From Deltaproteobacteria bacterium (GTDB lineage Bacteria; Myxococcota_A; UBA796; SXON01), in the NCBI GenBank assembly GCA_014191855.1, contig BJHF01000021.1:3293-67292 (forward strand): DNA of 64,000 nucleotides, written 5' to 3'. Both the position numbers and the translations under genes were made by a program. Below the pieces are notes generated by a model that was not told the DNA's origin, did no database searches, and saw only the letters and a list, made by a program, of their open reading frames with translations. This document shows positions 37,028 through 46,018 of this stretch, one piece after another. Positions within the stretch are counted from its first letter, which is position 1; every line of letters starts with the position of its first letter.

Positions 37028-38047
37028 TCAGCGGCTCCCAAGCCACGAGAGGATGGGCGACCACACGTGTTTCGGCGCCACCTTTCCGCTGATCATGTCG
37101 AGGTGGCCCCAGTGGTGGCCGGTGCTCCAGGGCTCGAGCTCAAGCAACGTTCGGTCCAGGGATCCCGACTCGTCGAAGGCCTCGCGTGCCTCCACCGGGG
37201 GCATGAGGTGATCGAGGTCGCCGGTGATGACGAAGAGCGGTACGTCGGTTGTGCGCCACGCCGCTTCGTATTCCAGCTCCGCGCCAGAGGCCCAGCGCGC
37301 CATATCCAGCCACACGTGCAGCGAGGTCCAGTCGAAGCCGCGCTCCAGGCGCTCGGCCAACAACGGAGCTTCTACGCTGCCGGGCGCCCAGCCGCTCACG
37401 GGGAAGGCGTAGCCGGCGATGTCGGTGATGCCGTAGAGCTTGCCGAGGAGCTGCCCGGCGATACGCGTGCGCACGTTCACCGCGCCGAGCGCACCGCGCG
37501 CGTTCGCCAGATGGGAGGCCCGCGCGAGCCAGTGAATCACCCGATTCGTCTGGCCAAAGCGGTACACCGCCCCGATGCCGACGATCCCGCGGACCGCAGC
37601 GCGGGTGGCAAGGGCATAGCTCACCGCGCCCCCCAGCGAATGTCCAACCCAGAACGCCGGCTCTCCGAGCGCGGAGGCAACCGACTCGGCATCCGCGATG
37701 TAATCGGCGAAGCTGTCGGGAGAACCCGTGGCCCTGGAGTTTCCATGGCCCCGAAGCTCCAGAACATACACATCGAAGCCCTTGCTCGCGAGCCAGGCGC
37801 TCATGGAGCGGCCGGTGGAGTGCCACGTGTAGCGGTTCTGGGCGAAGCCGTGGACCAATACCACCTTGGGCCCCGTGACACACGCCATCCGCTTGCGCAC
37901 CACGGCGAGGCGCCCATCGAGCATCAACCTCGTCTTCTGCAGCCGAACCGACTCGCCCGGCACCGACACCTGATCCACGGACTCGTCGGATTCGACGGTC
38001 CACCGCACCGGATCGGGCGCCTGCGCCGCGCCGACGCGCCGACTCAT
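37028..38047 (-). CDS. alpha/beta-fold hydrolase
   Basis: ORF 37028..38383. Start is ATG 38047 (ATGA overlap with the fbp stop). VVLVHGF, nucleophile elbow GHSLGG. Confidence 0.8.
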   Translation of the reverse strand: MSRRVGAAQAPDPVRWTVESDESVDQVSVPGESVRLQKTRLMLDGRLAVVRKRMACVTGPKVVLVHGFAQNRYTWHSTGRSMSAWLASKGFDVYVLELRGHGNSRATGSPDSFADYIADAESVASALGEPAFWVGHSLGGAVSYALATRAAVRGIVGIGAVYRFGQTNRVIHWLARASHLANARGALGAVNVRTRIAGQLLGKLYGITDIAGYAFPVSGWAPGSVEAPLLAERLERGFDWTSLHVWLDMARWASGAELEYEAAWRTTDVPLFVITGDLDHLMPPVEAREAFDESGSLDRTLLELEPWSTGHHWGHLDMISGKVAPKHVWSPILSWLGSR

Positions 38048-39036
38048 GTGCGGAGCACCTCGACCAGCTCGGCCACGTTGTCGCGGTTGCCGATGAACAG
38101 CGGCGTGCGCTCGTGCAACGAGGTCGGCACCTTGTCCAGGATGGCCATACTCCCGTCGCTCGCCGCGCCGCCCGCCGCTTCCGCGAGGAACGCCAGGGGC
38201 TGGGCTTCGTAGAGCATCCGAAGCTTGCCGTTCTTCGCCTTGGCGGTGGGCGGGTAGAAGAACACGCCGCCCTTCACGAGGTTGCGGTGGAAGTCCCCCA
38301 CCAGACTCCCGATGTAGCGGGCCGACCAGCCCAGCGCCGGATCCTTCACCCGGGCGATCCAGCCCTGCAGCCGCGGATCCCACTGCGCGGAATAGGCCTC
38401 GTTGCAGCTATAGGACTTCGAGGTGGGCTCAAGGCGCACGTTCTGGTGCGACAGGAAGAACTCGCCGACGCTCGGATCGAGCGTGAAGCCGTGCACCCCC
38501 TCCCCCGTGGAGATCATCAACACGGTCCCCGCGCCGTAGACCACGTAGCCCGCGCACACCAAGTCGCGACCGCACCGAAGCACGTCGGCGGCGACGCCAT
38601 CCCGGCCTTCGCTCACGCGGCGATGTACGGCGAAGATCGTGCCGATCGATGCGTTCGTGTCGATGTTGCTGGATCCATCCAGCGGGTCCATCGAAAATAC
38701 GTACTCGCCCACGTCGAACGCAGGGGGAATCTGCACGATCCCGTCGTCTTCCTCGCTCACGATCATGCACAGGACGCCGGCGTGCTCCAGCGCGCGCTTG
38801 AACGTCTCGTTCGCGTAGAGGTCGAGCTTCTGGACGAACTCGCCCTGGATGTTCATGCCCCCGGCCGCGCCGAGCATGCCGAGCAGCCCCGCGCGCTGAA
38901 CCCGCGCGCTCACCAACTTCCCGGCTAGCGCCACCTGTTTGAGCAGGGTGAGCAATTGCCCGGTTGCGCCGGGGTGCGCCCGCATCGTCTCCATGAGGAA
39001 GCGGTCGAGGGTGGTGCCTTCTTCGAAGTGGGCCAT
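38044..39036 (-). CDS. fbp: fructose-1,6-bisphosphatase class 1
   Basis: ORF 38044..39264. Start is ATG 39036 (MAHFEEGTTLDRFLMETMRAHPGATGQLLTLL, colinear with E. coli Fbp). IVSEEDD, DPLDGSSNID, YGSATM-like region. Confidence 0.9.
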   Translation of the reverse strand: MAHFEEGTTLDRFLMETMRAHPGATGQLLTLLKQVALAGKLVSARVQRAGLLGMLGAAGGMNIQGEFVQKLDLYANETFKRALEHAGVLCMIVSEEDDGIVQIPPAFDVGEYVFSMDPLDGSSNIDTNASIGTIFAVHRRVSEGRDGVAADVLRCGRDLVCAGYVVYGAGTVLMISTGEGVHGFTLDPSVGEFFLSHQNVRLEPTSKSYSCNEAYSAQWDPRLQGWIARVKDPALGWSARYIGSLVGDFHRNLVKGGVFFYPPTAKAKNGKLRMLYEAQPLAFLAEAAGGAASDGSMAILDKVPTSLHERTPLFIGNRDNVAELVEVLRT

Positions 39037-39079
39037 GGTGCCGGCCAACGTATCCAGTCTGCCGGCCCCGCGACCGCGA

Positions 39080-39628
39080 TCACCGGGGGGCAGCTGCCCA
39101 GCGCCGGATGATGTCGTGCTGGTCAGGCGCCTGCGGTGCCCGCTGCCCAACGAGGTAGTCGTCGTGAGCGCGCGCGGCGCGAATGTGGGTGAGCGCTTCA
39201 TCCGCCGACAAGCCGGCCTCCCGCAGCCAACATCCGGCGACCGTGGCCGTTCGGCCGTGGCCACCCCAGCAGTGAACGTAGGTCACGCCCGGATGGGCGT
39301 GGAGGCGAGCGAGCACCGCGCGCATCGTCTCGTCGGGGGGTGCGGTTACGTCGCGAACGGGGAAGCGCGCCCAGAACACCGACGTGCCGCGCTCTGCCGC
39401 GAGCGCCGCCAGCCGGGGATAATAGTCGGCGAAGGGTTGTTTGTCGTGGCCGAGCTCGTTCGCCTCCTGGAGACAGATCACCTGGGTAACGCCGACGTCG
39501 AGCAGGCCCCGCAGCCGAGGATCCACCTCATCCGGCTTGGTCGAACCTGGATATCCACCACCGAGCACCCTCCCGGGGGTGATCCACCAGGTCCGCGAGA
39601 AGGGGTACGCGAGCTGCGAATCGCTCAC
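39080..39628 (-). CDS. dual-specificity / Cys-based protein tyrosine phosphatase
   Basis: ORF 39080..39874. Start set to GTG 39628, which overlaps the stop of the upstream small ORF. Active site VHCWGGHGRTATV (C-x5-R). Confidence 0.75.
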   Translation of the reverse strand: MSDSQLAYPFSRTWWITPGRVLGGGYPGSTKPDEVDPRLRGLLDVGVTQVICLQEANELGHDKQPFADYYPRLAALAAERGTSVFWARFPVRDVTAPPDETMRAVLARLHAHPGVTYVHCWGGHGRTATVAGCWLREAGLSADEALTHIRAARAHDDYLVGQRAPQAPDQHDIIRRWAAAPR

Positions 39629-39735
39629 GGCGCTTCCAGGGGCGGCAACGCGGCCGCGGCCTCGGGCTCCACGCGTTCGGACTCGATCCGCAGCTTCGGA
39701 TCCGCCTCTGCCAACGGCTTCAGGACCTTCTTCAT
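39625..39735 (-). CDS. small ORF (36 aa) translationally coupled to the phosphatase
   Basis: Below the ORF-track size cut-off. ATG 39735 is preceded by GAGG at a 6-nt spacing. MKKVLKPLAEADPKLRIESERVEPEAAAALPPLEAP. About 32 of 36 third positions are G/C. Its TGA overlaps GTG 39628 (GTGA). Confidence 0.45.
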   Translation of the reverse strand: MKKVLKPLAEADPKLRIESERVEPEAAAALPPLEAP

Positions 39736-39913
39736 GGAAAACCTCGCTGGGCCATTTCACCCAGACCGAGAATTCCGGCAAGGGCGATCCCGCAGGCCCG
39801 GGTGCGGGGCCAAGGGGCGTTGCCCGGGATCGCGGGCGATCGGAGCTCACCTCCCGGCCCGGCCCGCCCGCCACGTCCAGCGCGCTCGGCGACGCAACCC
39901 AGGCAACGCTGGC

Positions 39914-40285
39914 TCAGGGGGCGGGGACATCGGCCTGCCCGGATCTGTTGTCCCCCCAACACGCCCCTGCGCCCTCGGCCCCGACCGCGCACGCGAATCG
40001 GTACCCAACGCTGATGGAAGAAAACGCTCCCTCCGGAGGCAGGGTTTCGCCCGCCGTGTCGGTTCCCCAACACGCGATCTCTCCGGTCGTTCGCAGGCCG
40101 CACGCAAAGTCCCACGCCATGCTGATCCGAGACCAGGTACCCGCCGGCGGTTGAGGGAACGGTGCGTTGGCGCCATCCACCGTCTGGGCGAGGTAGCCCC
40201 AACATTCAGCGGATTGGTCCGGGAGGATGCCGCATCCGGCGTGGTAGCCGATGTCGACCTCAAGGTAGGAGGGCGAGGGCGCGTC
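39914..40285 (-). pseudogene. RCC1-like repeat segment (3 blades) in frame behind the TAG of the vWA gene, with no start codon of its own
   Basis: Track ORF 39914..40180 is extended manually. The 35 codons between TAG 40286-40288 and GTG 40180 are open, in the same frame and GC3-rich, and encode a third blade. The blades are VDIGYHAGCGILPDQSAECWG, ISMAWDFACGLRTTGEIACWG and ISVGYRFACAVGAEGAGACWGDNRSGQ. Confidence 0.5.
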
Positions 40286-41257
40286 CTAAGGGAGCGCAGC
40301 ATCGGCCAGCAGCTCCGCCATCGCCGCCGCCACGTCGTTGCTCGCACAGCCGTTGGCGGGGTCACGCAGCTCGGCGTACGCGCCGCCCGTCTCTGACGCG
40401 GCGTTCTGGTAGCGCTCGACGCCCCAGGTTTGCGCGCCGTCGAGGCAGCTCCCGTCGGAGCCGTCGAAGGCGGGGCCGAGGACGTAGAGGCGAAAGTCGG
40501 CCGACAACCAATCGAGCAGGTCGAGGTACAGGCCCGCGTCGTCGTCGGCAGAAGGGACCCGACGCGAACCGTCGCCCTCGTCGGAGATGATCACGGCGCG
40601 GGGCAGCGCGTCGGCTCGCCAGAAGTCGGCGTTTGCCTCCGCTTGGGCGCTGGTGATGGAGCTTTCGGCGTCGAAGCACCCCTCCGGCACCTCGCCGCCG
40701 CGTTCGCAGAGCGCGGCAGCCACCACCTCCAGCCCCTCCTCGGTGCCCGCGCCCTCTGACTCGTTCCAGCCAGCGGGACACACACACTCCAGGTATTCCC
40801 TTGGCACTTCGTCGCCGGCGGGGAGCGGGCACGAACCGTCCGCGGCCGCGGCGTAGCTCGGGTCGGACAGCAGATCGCTGTCCTTCCAGTAGATGGTGTT
40901 GCAAGCCAGAATCGCTCGAAGCGCATCGTCCGCGCCCGTGCCCGCCGTGACCGGATCGCCCGCCAGCGTGCCGGCTTCGCCCGGGTCGATCCCGGGCGTA
41001 AGCCCGTGCCCGTAGTCGGCGCTCGTCGTCATGACGCCGATGCGCCAGTCACTGTCGCCAAGCGCATCGATCACCTCGCTCGCGCCCAACAACACGGCGG
41101 ACGACTCCTCCTTCATGCTGCCGCTGGTGTCGATGACGAGCAGCAAGTCGATCTGCGGCGGGGCGGCCGGCGCGGCGCTGTCGGCGCCGGAATCCGCTTC
41201 ACCGGTGAAAAAACATCCGACGAGCGCGAGCGGGAGCAGCACAGCGGGGAGGCGCAT
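40286..41257 (-). CDS. von Willebrand factor A (vWA) domain lipoprotein
   Basis: ORF 40286..41341. Start is ATG 41257 (MRLPAVLLPLALVGC lipobox). MIDAS motif DLLLVIDTSGSM. Confidence 0.8.
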   Translation of the reverse strand: MRLPAVLLPLALVGCFFTGEADSGADSAAPAAPPQIDLLLVIDTSGSMKEESSAVLLGASEVIDALGDSDWRIGVMTTSADYGHGLTPGIDPGEAGTLAGDPVTAGTGADDALRAILACNTIYWKDSDLLSDPSYAAAADGSCPLPAGDEVPREYLECVCPAGWNESEGAGTEEGLEVVAAALCERGGEVPEGCFDAESSITSAQAEANADFWRADALPRAVIISDEGDGSRRVPSADDDAGLYLDLLDWLSADFRLYVLGPAFDGSDGSCLDGAQTWGVERYQNAASETGGAYAELRDPANGCASNDVAAAMAELLADAALP

Positions 41258-41749
41258 CCGGGAACGTAGCCCGTCGCTGCGGCGCCGCGATGAGGAGAAA
41301 CGCCCGCGCGGCCGGGAGATCGGGCCTGCCTCATCGCCCACCCCAGGATTTTTCTAATCCGACTGAACAACCCGACACCTCGCGGGTATCCCCTTCCGAG
41401 CGGCGTCGCGGCCTCGCAAGTGGCGGGCACTTCCACGGGGGTGATCTACGTGCGGGTTGCGGCAGTTGGGACGGGCGGCGCGGGTGGGGCGGGGTGGTAT
41501 CCCCCATAAAACGCGACACACGGGGTACCCATCCCCGGCAAAATGCGACGACTTCGCCATGTAGAGGCGCGATTCCCGCGGTCGGCGATCACCCACCGAC
41601 CGAAACCCGGCGTTGCCCCGTGGTGGAGGCCGCGTGCCGACGGCGACGGCCTCCTGGTCGTCGCAATTCCGAGGGGATGCCTGGCGAGTTGTCGCAAATC
41701 GGGGGGGATACCTCTTCACAGCAGCGGCGCCGCGCCGGCCCCGCCGGCG

Positions 41750-43114
41750 TCACCCCAATTCCAAAACCCCTCGCCACCCCACATACCGCGCTTTCGCCCG
41801 CGCCCACGCCACCGCATCGCGCCGCTGCCTCGCCCGCCGCACCGCCTCGTCTGCCCACAACATCCGCTGCGCCGCATCGTAGAAGCGCGGCGAATACGCC
41901 ATATCGAAGGTGAGCCTTCCGCCGCTCTGGCCGGAAACGCGCCCCTTCACTGTTTCATAAAAGGCGGTCCCCTTCATGGGGTGCGCCACGGACACCAGCG
42001 TAACGGCCGGGTCGAGATCGCGCATGAGGTCGCGGGTGGCGAGCACATCGGGCCGCGTTTCGCCAGGATACCCAAGCATCACAAACGCGCCCATCTCGAT
42101 GCCGGCCTCCCGCAACATCCGACCTGCCGCGCGAAGCTCCGCCACCGTCGTGCCCTTCTTCATCGCCTCCAACACATGATCGGCCCCGCTCTCCGCGCTG
42201 ACATACATCCGATAGCAGCCGGCCGCGCGCAGACGATCCAGTTGTGTTGGCTCGAGCGTCTCCGCCCGCCCGATCACGTAGAACGGCGTGACGGCCTCGC
42301 GCTCGACCATTCGGGTGGCGAAGCGCTCCACCCAGGTTTTGTTCAGCGTGAACATGTCGTCCACGAACCAGATCTGATCGGGGTTGAACTCCGCCTTGAT
42401 CGAGAGCAGCTCGTCGATGACCGCGTCTGGATCGCGCCGCCGAAACGTGTCCCCATACACCTGCTTGCTGCACCACGTACAATGGTAAGGGCAGCCCCGG
42501 CTCGTCGTCATCGACATCGCGGTTTCACCGTGTCGTTTGCGCCAGGCGGCAAAATAGCTCTCGAGATCGCGCCGCTCCCTGGCCGGCCAGGGCAGCGAGT
42601 CCAGCGGACGGATCAGCGCCCGCGACCCCGTTCGTACCACCCGCTCGCCCACCCGGAATACGATGCCGGCTACGCGTTCCAGCGCGTCAAAATCCCAGCG
42701 CCCTCCGTTGGCCACGCAGTGGGCAACCAGCTCGGCCATCGTGGCCTCCCCTTCCCCCACCACGATCACCTCCACGCCCATCGCAAGGTACTCGTTCACG
42801 TACTGAACCGGGTCGGGGCCGCCCGCAACGACGCGCAGCCCGCGCCCGAGGGCCTCCCTCACCAGCCCGGCGGTGACCGGCCGGGTGATCGTGTGCCCGT
42901 AGAAGCCGACGATCGCCGGCTTCGTATCGTCCAGGACCGCGCCGAACGCGGCCGGCCCGGGATGCCACGTGCTGTCCCACCACTCCGCAGCCACGCCCGC
43001 GCGCCGGAGATAGGCCACCAGATACTGGAGCCCCAACGGTGGGAATGGACGCATGAGCTCCGCTTCATGCGGATCATCCGCCAGGAAGTAGGCATGGGTC
43101 AACAGCACGTCCAC
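41750..43114 (-). CDS. B12-binding-domain radical SAM protein (second paralogue)
   Basis: MDVLLTHAYFL...PPLGLQYLVAYLRRAGV is a B12-binding-type N-terminal domain. CPYHCTWC cluster motif. Confidence 0.85.
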   Translation of the reverse strand: MDVLLTHAYFLADDPHEAELMRPFPPLGLQYLVAYLRRAGVAAEWWDSTWHPGPAAFGAVLDDTKPAIVGFYGHTITRPVTAGLVREALGRGLRVVAGGPDPVQYVNEYLAMGVEVIVVGEGEATMAELVAHCVANGGRWDFDALERVAGIVFRVGERVVRTGSRALIRPLDSLPWPARERRDLESYFAAWRKRHGETAMSMTTSRGCPYHCTWCSKQVYGDTFRRRDPDAVIDELLSIKAEFNPDQIWFVDDMFTLNKTWVERFATRMVEREAVTPFYVIGRAETLEPTQLDRLRAAGCYRMYVSAESGADHVLEAMKKGTTVAELRAAGRMLREAGIEMGAFVMLGYPGETRPDVLATRDLMRDLDPAVTLVSVAHPMKGTAFYETVKGRVSGQSGGRLTFDMAYSPRFYDAAQRMLWADEAVRRARQRRDAVAWARAKARYVGWRGVLELG

Positions 43115-43149
43115 GGCGCGAAGGTAGCGCGCGGCGGCAAAGGTGGGTA

Positions 43150-44808
43150 ATGCGCCGCCCCTTCGGAGTCGTGATGCGCTCGATGCTCCTCGTCCTCACC
43201 CTGACTGGCTGCTCCGGCGATTTCTGGGGCACGGGCACCGACCCCAACGCCGACAAGCCGCACGATAACGATACGGGTAACGCCGACTCTGGGGGTGGCG
43301 GTGACACCGACACCGACACGGGTGGCGACACCGACACGGACAGCGCGGGCGACACGGACACGGGCGGCGACACCGACCCGGAGCAGGTGGACGACGACGG
43401 GGACGGCGTAACGGAGGCCGAGGGCGACTGCGACGACACGGATGGCGACGTATCCCCCGACGAAAGCGAGACCCCGTACAACGGTGCCGACGATGACTGC
43501 GATCCCGCCACGGCGGACGACGATCTCGACAACGACGGCTACGACCTCGCAGATGACTGCGACGACACCGACAACGGCATCAGCCCGGAGCAGACCGAGC
43601 ACCCTTACAATGGGGACGACGACGACTGCGATCCCCGCACCCCCGACGACGATGTGGACGGGGACGGGTACGAGCGCGTAGACGATTGCGACGACAAAGA
43701 CGCGGACGCGAACCCAGACGCCGCCGAGGTCACTACAGACGGTGTAGACAACGACTGCGACGGCGACACGGACGAGGCGTTCGAAGTCGCGACGGTGGAT
43801 GTGACGGGAGACATGGGAAATCCCTCCGCGATTGGCGTCGACACCACGGGCACGGTGCACCTCGTGTACCGGGATGGCGACCTCGGCACCCTTCGGTACC
43901 TCGCAGACGACGGAAGCGGCTGGTCCGCCGCGACCGAGATCATTTCGGACACGGAGGTCGGCGAGTCCCTGGATCTCGTGGTGGATGGCGCCGATCAGCT
44001 CCAGATCGCCTACACCTGGCGGAGTGGAAGCTACACCGACTTGTGGTTCGGATGGATGGACGCTGCAGGCGTTTGGGACACCGGGTATTACGTCGATGGG
44101 TATTCTTCGAGCGCCTCCGCGAGCATCGGGCACTATGTCAGCATCGACGTAGACAGCGACAACCTGCCTTCCTTCGCGTATTATGACGCGACCTATCTCG
44201 TCCCCGTGCTCGCTGACTACACCAGCTTCGGCGTGGCGATCTACACCGACATCGACGTGTGGTGGTACTGGACCTACGCCACCGGCTACTTCACCACCCT
44301 GGCGATCGACTCCGAGGATTACGACCACGTCGCATGGTTTGACGACAATGCGCTCGGCTCGGAAGCCCAATACTCCGATTTCAACGAGAGCACGGTCAAC
44401 GAGACGATCGCCGCCGACGGCTGGTACACCTCGCTTGCGCTGCAGAGCGATGACACCGCGTGTGTCGCCTATCAGGACTCCACCCGGGCCGACCTGATCT
44501 ATGCGTGTCGGGACGCGGCGAGCCAGACGTGGTCGCCGACGACGATCGACAGCACCGGCAGCGTGGGGAGCTACGCCCAGCTCGCCTACGACAGCGCCGA
44601 TCAGCCGTGGATCGCCTATTACGACGCATCGAATGGGGACTTGAAGGTCGCGACGCTTGAGGCGGGAACGTGGGCGACGTGGACCGTGGACTCCGATGGT
44701 GACGTGGGCGTCGCTCCCTCCATCGCGGTCGGCCCGAGCGACGAAGTGGTCGTGAGCTACTACGACGTGACGAACGGCGCACTCAAGGTCGCGACGGCGA
44801 ACGAATAG
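43150..44808 (+). CDS. lipoprotein with MopE-like metal-binding (DxDxDG...DCDDxD) repeats and a beta-propeller-like C-terminal domain
   Basis: Signal/lipobox MRSMLLVLTLTGC. Four repeats of the type DDDGDGVTEAEGDCDDTDGDVSP. The C-terminal half has repeated YYD/AYYD...G.LKVAT blades. Confidence 0.8.
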   Translation: MRRPFGVVMRSMLLVLTLTGCSGDFWGTGTDPNADKPHDNDTGNADSGGGGDTDTDTGGDTDTDSAGDTDTGGDTDPEQVDDDGDGVTEAEGDCDDTDGDVSPDESETPYNGADDDCDPATADDDLDNDGYDLADDCDDTDNGISPEQTEHPYNGDDDDCDPRTPDDDVDGDGYERVDDCDDKDADANPDAAEVTTDGVDNDCDGDTDEAFEVATVDVTGDMGNPSAIGVDTTGTVHLVYRDGDLGTLRYLADDGSGWSAATEIISDTEVGESLDLVVDGADQLQIAYTWRSGSYTDLWFGWMDAAGVWDTGYYVDGYSSSASASIGHYVSIDVDSDNLPSFAYYDATYLVPVLADYTSFGVAIYTDIDVWWYWTYATGYFTTLAIDSEDYDHVAWFDDNALGSEAQYSDFNESTVNETIAADGWYTSLALQSDDTACVAYQDSTRADLIYACRDAASQTWSPTTIDSTGSVGSYAQLAYDSADQPWIAYYDASNGDLKVATLEAGTWATWTVDSDGDVGVAPSIAVGPSDEVVVSYYDVTNGALKVATANE

Positions 44809-44866
44809 GGCGGGTTCACCCGGGCGCGCTGGACGGAGGTGATGACGTGGATAGCTTCGCGCCGCC

Positions 44867-46009
44867 ATGAACCGGGACCTCCACCCCGCCCGTCGTGTCT
44901 CCTTCGCGGAGCTTGCCGCCGCGCTGGAGCTGCGCGTGCGCTCCGGGGCCGTGGCGCGCGTCAGAAAAGGGGCGTTGAGCCTCTATGTCTACACCAACCG
45001 CTGCGTGTACGACGCGATGTGGGACGATGTTTCCGTGCTCGCGCGCGGGCTCGTACTCGACCACGAAGCAGCCGTCGTGCGCGCCACGCCCTTCCCCAAG
45101 TTCTTTAATTTCGGCGAGCGCGGTGCCGGCCCCGACGCGGCAAGCCTGCCCAACGAACCCTTCGAGGCCTACGAGAAGCTCGACGGGTCACTGGCGATCC
45201 TGTTCTTCGACGGCGAAGGGTGGCGCGTCGTCACCAAGGGCGCGTTCGACTCCGCGCAGGCCGCCTGGGCGGCCGCATGGCTGCGCCCCCGCGCACTACA
45301 CGCGCTCGACCGTGACTCGACCTACCTCTTTGAGGCGCTCTACCCTGAGAATCGCATCGTCGTGCGCTACGATCGCGCCGAGCTGGTGCTGCTTGGTGCC
45401 TACTCGGGCGCGGGCGTAGAGCTGAGCCGCGCGGAGCTGGCCGGTGTCGCGACGCAGCTCGGCTGCGCGCTCGTGACGGCGCACAACGTCGCCACCATCC
45501 ACGAGCTCGTGGCGCTGACGGCGGAGCTGGATCGCAACCGCGAAGGGTTCGTGATCCGGTACGCCTCTGGTCTGCGCCTCAAGCTGAAGGGGGCCGCGTA
45601 CCGTCGTATCCACGCGATGCTCTCCGATGTCACCCCCCTGGGGCTTTGGCGCGCGCTGGAGGCGAACGACGATCTGGAAGCCTTCCGGAGGGAGATCCCC
45701 GAGGAGTTCTGGGCCGACTTCGATTGCATCCGCGGCCTGCTGAACGCTCGACTCGCGGCGATCCAGGCCGAGGTGGATGCGGCGTTCCTGGCCCATCGGG
45801 GGGTTTCCGATGCCGACCTGGGCCGCAGCCTCGACCGCCTCACCCCGACCGTACGCCCGTTCCTCTTCGCGCGCCGCAAACGCGGCGAAAACTACGTCGC
45901 CGACCCCTCGCTCCGGCGCACGCTGTACCGCCTCATCCGCCCCGACGGAAACGTGCTCGCAGGCTACGCGCCCTCCACCCACCTGCTCGGCGCCCGCGAC
46001 GACGGTTAG
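44867..46009 (+). CDS. ATP-dependent RNA ligase, T4 Rnl1 (RnlA)-like
   Basis: Nucleotidyltransferase motifs in order: I YEKLDGSLAILF (KxDG), III YLFEALYPENRIVV, IV REGFVIRYASG (EGhV), V RLKLKGAAY. The N-terminal segment ARGLVLD...ATPFPKFFNFGE parallels T4 Rnl1 CRGIMFE...RPMEKFFNLNE (recalled from memory). Confidence 0.75.
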   Translation: MNRDLHPARRVSFAELAAALELRVRSGAVARVRKGALSLYVYTNRCVYDAMWDDVSVLARGLVLDHEAAVVRATPFPKFFNFGERGAGPDAASLPNEPFEAYEKLDGSLAILFFDGEGWRVVTKGAFDSAQAAWAAAWLRPRALHALDRDSTYLFEALYPENRIVVRYDRAELVLLGAYSGAGVELSRAELAGVATQLGCALVTAHNVATIHELVALTAELDRNREGFVIRYASGLRLKLKGAAYRRIHAMLSDVTPLGLWRALEANDDLEAFRREIPEEFWADFDCIRGLLNARLAAIQAEVDAAFLAHRGVSDADLGRSLDRLTPTVRPFLFARRKRGENYVADPSLRRTLYRLIRPDGNVLAGYAPSTHLLGARDDG

Positions 46010-46018
46010 GGATCCCGG

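Noticed and set aside
37028-39874. Long N-terminal extensions in the ORF track (hydrolase to 38383, fbp to 39264, phosphatase to 39874). The same applies to 2766..4298, 47984..48907, 27298..28788, 12470..13330, 20650..22479 and others
   Set aside because: The extensions overlap the 3' ends of upstream genes, are Arg/Gly-rich, and precede clear conserved N-termini or lipoboxes. The internal starts coincide with ATGA/GTGA coupling to the upstream stop.
43099-44868. 589-aa minus-strand ORF fully overlapping the MopE-like lipoprotein gene. Similar antisense or out-of-frame giants include 4250..6184 plus, 28760..30649 plus, 33505..35550 plus, 34307..35788 plus, 45296..46501 minus, 56119..57480 plus and 59475..61222 plus
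   Set aside because: These are typical high-GC shadow ORFs. They have Arg/Gly/Pro/His-rich composition and no recognisable motifs, and each lies opposite or out of frame to a gene with clear family signatures and strong GC3 bias.
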